From: Candidatus Algichlamydia australiensis
GTDB lineage: Bacteria; Chlamydiota; Chlamydiia; Chlamydiales; JAJFMI01
Direction of reading: 5' to 3'
Assembly: GCA_033977065.1 (NCBI GenBank)
Contig: JAXCHI010000003.1
Span: forward strand, 416,001-480,000
DNA length: 64,000 bases
Of this stretch, positions 60,298-64,000 are shown in pieces. Positions within the stretch are counted from its first letter, which is position 1. Each line of letters opens with the position of its first letter. The position numbers and the translations under genes were made by a program. The notes under the pieces are model-generated. The model ran no database searches. It was not told the origin of the DNA and saw only the letters and a list, made by a program, of their open reading frames with translations.

Positions 60298-60814
60298 GCT
60301 TATTGCTCCTGGATTGACGGATTACCTGGAAGAGCTCAATGAACGCAAGGGAGCCTAGCAAGATAAAAAGTGGATAAAGCAGTGTTGGAAGAGTAAGGTT
60401 AAACGTGAGGGCAATCAGCACACAAAACTGTAGTGTTGTGATGATTTTTCCCCAACGAATTGCACGGCAGCGGTACTCTTTCCATTGGTCTGTGACTTGA
60501 AGATAGACCCCAAAAATGCAGAGATAAAAATCTCTTGAGATCATAGCGCATGCTTGCCAAAGAGCGATCCGGTCTTCAAAAAAGAAGATTCCAAGCGCCA
60601 TGAGAACAAAAAATTTATCCATTAGAGGATCAAAGACAGCACCAACGCGGGAGGCGAACTTGTAGCGTCTAGCTATGAAACCATCAGCAAAGTCGGTGAC
60701 CATCGCCAAAAAGATGGCGATGAGGCGCACCATTTGACTTTCAACAAGGAAGAGAAGCGCGAGTGGACCACGTAAAAATGTGATCGCGTTAGAGAGATTT
60801 AGGAGTTCTTTCAC
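60287..60814 (-). CDS. pgsA: CDP-alcohol phosphatidyltransferase (PgsA-like)
   Basis: NAITFLR, TDFADGFIARR...GAVFDPLMDK. Confidence 0.85.
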   Translation of the reverse strand: MKELLNLSNAITFLRGPLALLFLVESQMVRLIAIFLAMVTDFADGFIARRYKFASRVGAVFDPLMDKFFVLMALGIFFFEDRIALWQACAMISRDFYLCIFGVYLQVTDQWKEYRCRAIRWGKIITTLQFCVLIALTFNLTLPTLLYPLFILLGSLAFIELFQVIRQSRSNKHAL

Positions 60815-61419
60815 GAAGGACGTTTTTTCCTCCTCTTATACCAGAAAAATCCAATTCCCGTCAGCCCGAACAGTGTAAAAATTATTATATTAAACTTTTT
60901 TATTACACTAGCTAGTACTTCAATATTACTCCCAATTGTATAGTAAATAGGAAAGAAAAATGCAGCCCATATGGTGCATGCAACAACGTCTCGCATAGCA
61001 AATCTTTTAAATGGTAGCCGCGACATCCCAGAGCTCATAAAGAGGCAGTTGCGTACGCCAAATGGGATAAATCTCCCAACAATTTGTGTCCAAAAACCGT
61101 ATCGCTCATAAAATGAGCGGACTTTTGCAATATTTTCATCGGATAGGGCCTTGCGGAAAAAACGCATATTTTTCAAGCTCGATCCTGCTAGACGTCCAAT
61201 CCAATAAGAGATCCAGGCAGCCAGGATGCAGCCAACCAAGACCGATGCAAAGAGAAGATAAGTGTACTCTGGAATTGTAGTGGCGGCTAAAACGGCACTT
61301 AAAGCGAGCAGAATGTCGATGCTAATGGGCACATTCATACCAGCAAGCAGTGATGCAGAGAAGACAACCCAGGGGGCATGCTTTGCATGCTCTGTAATAA
61401 GTGCAATCAACCCTTCCAT
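60811..61419 (-). CDS. DedA family membrane protein
   Basis: SYWIGR, FYERYG, GRFIPFGVR, GMSRLPFKRF. Confidence 0.9.
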   Translation of the reverse strand: MEGLIALITEHAKHAPWVVFSASLLAGMNVPISIDILLALSAVLAATTIPEYTYLLFASVLVGCILAAWISYWIGRLAGSSLKNMRFFRKALSDENIAKVRSFYERYGFWTQIVGRFIPFGVRNCLFMSSGMSRLPFKRFAMRDVVACTIWAAFFFPIYYTIGSNIEVLASVIKKFNIIIFTLFGLTGIGFFWYKRRKKRPS

Positions 61420-61427
61420 AAAATATC

Positions 61428-62978
61428 CTAGCCTAGCTCAGGTTGTGCACTCTCTTTTGGATTGATGAGCGCTGGTTCTGGTTGGGTCTTGCTTTGGAAC
61501 TGTCTTCCTAGAGATCGCGTTGCAGCAATCCAGGCTCCGGCAATGAGTACAAAGCATCCCGCAATGTAGGGGGCGCTTGCTGTAACACTCTTTAGAGGGA
61601 TTAAGAAAGCTTGATGGATCAATGAGCTTCCCGATTTTCCTAAGCGAGAGCCGACGCCGTCAATAGCGGCTTTTCCTTTGAGTTTGCTCTCAGAATCAAG
61701 AGGGATGAATGCCATCTCTTTTGTTGCATCAAATAAGGTGTATTTGCAGGCACGCGCGATGCAATTTTGCATCGAACCAAAAAATACAGCTAAGGCAAGC
61801 GGCGTTGAGCCAAGCATAAGTGCCATCGAACCAAATCCTGATTCGCGGAAAAGGAGGAATGAGAAGAAGGCGCATCCAGTTATGAGGATCGCTATGGGAG
61901 AGATCATGGCGCTAAAGGTCCATCCAAAACGTCTAATGCTACTTCCGCAAATAAAGATGGAGATGAAAGTAGAAAAAGCTCCCATTACCATGAAAACTTT
62001 CCCCATATAAGCACTAAAGTCATTGGGGTCGGGAAGTAATTGCTTTAACTGATCTTTCCAGACAACTTCAATCATGTTGATCGAGACGTTATAGGTGAAG
62101 ACAATGATTGCAATGCAAATCAAATATTTTGATTTACTTAAGAAAGCGAAATTCTCTCGTAAGCCCATTTTAAATTTTGGCTTTCCTTCTTTGCGCGCAT
62201 TGCTGCAAACGGCGCTTGTATCAAGGCCATTTTTTGAGAGCCAGCGGTAAGCGAATAGGATCGCTACCCCGCTAATAAGAATAACAAGGGTGATTAAAGA
62301 AATCGTTTTTCCCCAAGGGTCTTGAGAGCTGGGGAAAAGAGAGGAGAGCGCTTTAGAGGAGAGCTGTAAAGAGATGAACCCTGCGATGAAAGAGGCGATG
62401 TTGGCGCCCATAAGCAGAGGCGCGTAGAAACGCTTTGCTCCGCCCACATTGATCATCTGGTTGGCAAAGCCCCAAAAAAGAACAGTCATTACAATTGTCC
62501 CCCAGAGCTCACTCATGCAGTAAAAGAGAGTGAAGGTCCAGTTGCGAAACAGGGAAATCAGGCCATTAAACCCATCGGGGAGCTTTGTCGCAAGGGAGTC
62601 GCAGAACCCGTGAGGGTGAAGAGCGTGAATATTGGGGTAGATTGCAAAGGCGAAAAGGGCAAAAAAACCCAAGAAAATCGAAACCATGATGTAAAAAACA
62701 CGGTCACGGCCATAGCGATTGGCAAAACGAGAGTAGATGGCGGTGAAGAGAAGAGCCATGGGGAGGATGGCCCACACCTTGATGAAAGGAAGAGCCTCAG
62801 CACCGGAACCTTTCGCTGTGATGACAAGAGCATCCTTTGCAGCGCGAAGGAGCGTGTAATTCATGCAAATTAAAAAATAAATTACAAACATCGGCAGGAA
62901 CGTACGAAGCTCACTGCGATAGATGGGCCAAAGAAAAGAGCGGATTTTACCAAGCCGCGGTTGGGCGTCGGTAGCCAT
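61428..62978 (-). CDS. TLC/NTT family nucleotide transporter
   Basis: NYTLLRAAKD, FYCMSELWG, LFWGFAN, KYTLFDATKEMAFIPL, KGKAAIDGVGSRLGKSG; start placed at ATG 62978. Confidence 0.95.
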   Translation of the reverse strand: MATDAQPRLGKIRSFLWPIYRSELRTFLPMFVIYFLICMNYTLLRAAKDALVITAKGSGAEALPFIKVWAILPMALLFTAIYSRFANRYGRDRVFYIMVSIFLGFFALFAFAIYPNIHALHPHGFCDSLATKLPDGFNGLISLFRNWTFTLFYCMSELWGTIVMTVLFWGFANQMINVGGAKRFYAPLLMGANIASFIAGFISLQLSSKALSSLFPSSQDPWGKTISLITLVILISGVAILFAYRWLSKNGLDTSAVCSNARKEGKPKFKMGLRENFAFLSKSKYLICIAIIVFTYNVSINMIEVVWKDQLKQLLPDPNDFSAYMGKVFMVMGAFSTFISIFICGSSIRRFGWTFSAMISPIAILITGCAFFSFLLFRESGFGSMALMLGSTPLALAVFFGSMQNCIARACKYTLFDATKEMAFIPLDSESKLKGKAAIDGVGSRLGKSGSSLIHQAFLIPLKSVTASAPYIAGCFVLIAGAWIAATRSLGRQFQSKTQPEPALINPKESAQPELG

Positions 62979-63327
62979 AGTCTCCTTTGAGGTAAGCCTG
63001 GGCAACTGCTCTTTTCGATACCCATTCAAAAATTGTTGCAAAATTTGCTTTGTAGAACGCAGCTAACTTGTTAAAAGTTAGCGAGTTCGAAAAGCAGATT
63101 TGGGTCAAATTTTGAAGTGGTATCGGAAAGTCTGAGTTGTTCAGGGTTTCCTCTAAATAAAATTGTTTATGCACAAATCTGTTCAAGGTCTTGACTGTTG
63201 GGGGGAATCGAAAAGAAAATTGTTTCGAACTAGCGTTCAAGGGGAGTCAAAAGCCTCTCTTTCTTATCTGCCTCACATTATACCCTATTTTGAGTTAAAA
63301 CCCAAACTTAAGAAAATATTATAAATA

Positions 63328-64000
63328 TTAAATATTTTCCGATAAAGCGTCGATGCCGGGAAGGGTTCCTTTCTCCAAAAATTCAAGCGAAGCGCCCCCG
63401 CCTGTTGAGATATGAGTAAACTTTTCATTTAAATTTAATTTTGAAATTGCAGAAATAGAATCTCCCCCACCAACAACCCGGATAGAGCGCATTTCGGCAA
63501 GCAATTTAGCAAGGCTTTCTGTTCCTTTTGCAAACTCAGGAAACTCAAACACCCCCATGGGGCCATTCCAAAAAATAGTATGACTCTCTTCCAAGATAGG
63601 CTGCCACTTAGCAACTGTTTTTGGACCAATATCCATCCCTTGCCAGCCATCTGGCACACCCTCTTTTAAACGAACTGTTTTCACCTCTGCCCCGTTGGAA
63701 AATTGGTTGGCAATGACGATATCTTCAGGTAGCACAAGGTTTGGTGCCTCGTCCAAAAATTCGCTTGCTAGTTCGAGGTGAGTCGGGTCATAAATGGAGT
63801 TTCCAATTGAAAGGCCCATCGCTTTCATTAAGGAAAAAATCATCCCCCCACCAACAAAAAGATGGTCAACTCGCGGTTGAAGGGCGTGCAGTATTGCGAA
63901 CTTTGTATCGATTTTTGCCCCACCCAAAATAGCAGAAAAGGGGCGTTCAGGATTTTCAACAAGTGGAGTGAGATTGTCGATCTCTTTTTCCATGAGAAAA
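63328..64000 (-). CDS. pgk: Phosphoglycerate kinase, 3' part (start lies beyond the window)
   Basis: ILGGAK, DIGPKT, WNGPMGVFE, VGGGDS, HISTGGGASLEFLE. Confidence 0.97.
   Translation of the reverse strand, partial: FLMEKEIDNLTPLVENPERPFSAILGGAKIDTKFAILHALQPRVDHLFVGGGMIFSLMKAMGLSIGNSIYDPTHLELASEFLDEAPNLVLPEDIVIANQFSNGAEVKTVRLKEGVPDGWQGMDIGPKTVAKWQPILEESHTIFWNGPMGVFEFPEFAKGTESLAKLLAEMRSIRVVGGGDSISAISKLNLNEKFTHISTGGGASLEFLEKGTLPGIDALSENI

Overview
A chromosomal segment from an environmental Chlamydiota (Chlamydiae) bacterium. The evidence is a TLC/NTT nucleotide transporter, an RsbU-type phosphatase near eno, and chlamydia-like gene order (rpoN-uvrD-namZ-groEL...ahpC; rho-coaE-polA-sppA...pgsA-ntt). 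Core genes are interrupted by four accessory blocks. (1) 1-12.4 kb: a dense cluster of glycosyltransferases (four tandem GT2, a DXD-type GT6 and others) and four sulfotransferases, almost all with N-terminal signal peptides or anchors. (2) 24.5-32.8 kb: a translationally coupled operon of ABC exporter, wecC, wecB, two GT4, a viperin-like radical SAM enzyme and a WbmS-like deacetylase, plus a convergent ComB-like phosphatase; it looks like an undescribed small-molecule biosynthetic or defence cluster. (3) Two tandem eukaryote-like Ser/Thr kinases. (4) 55-59 kb: an unannotated 44-aa secreted peptide, a frameshifted NUDIX gene, an exported LicD, and a Bro-N gene whose internal coding palindrome is repeated exactly over its own -35 box and, as a variant, right after its stop codon. 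At least three families of non-autonomous miniature inverted-repeat elements are visible from TIRs and target-site duplications, with no transposase in the window. A CCA-less tRNA-Arg(ACG) directly abuts the next start codon. No CRISPR array or rRNA was seen. Family calls come from motif recognition by eye; no database search was run.
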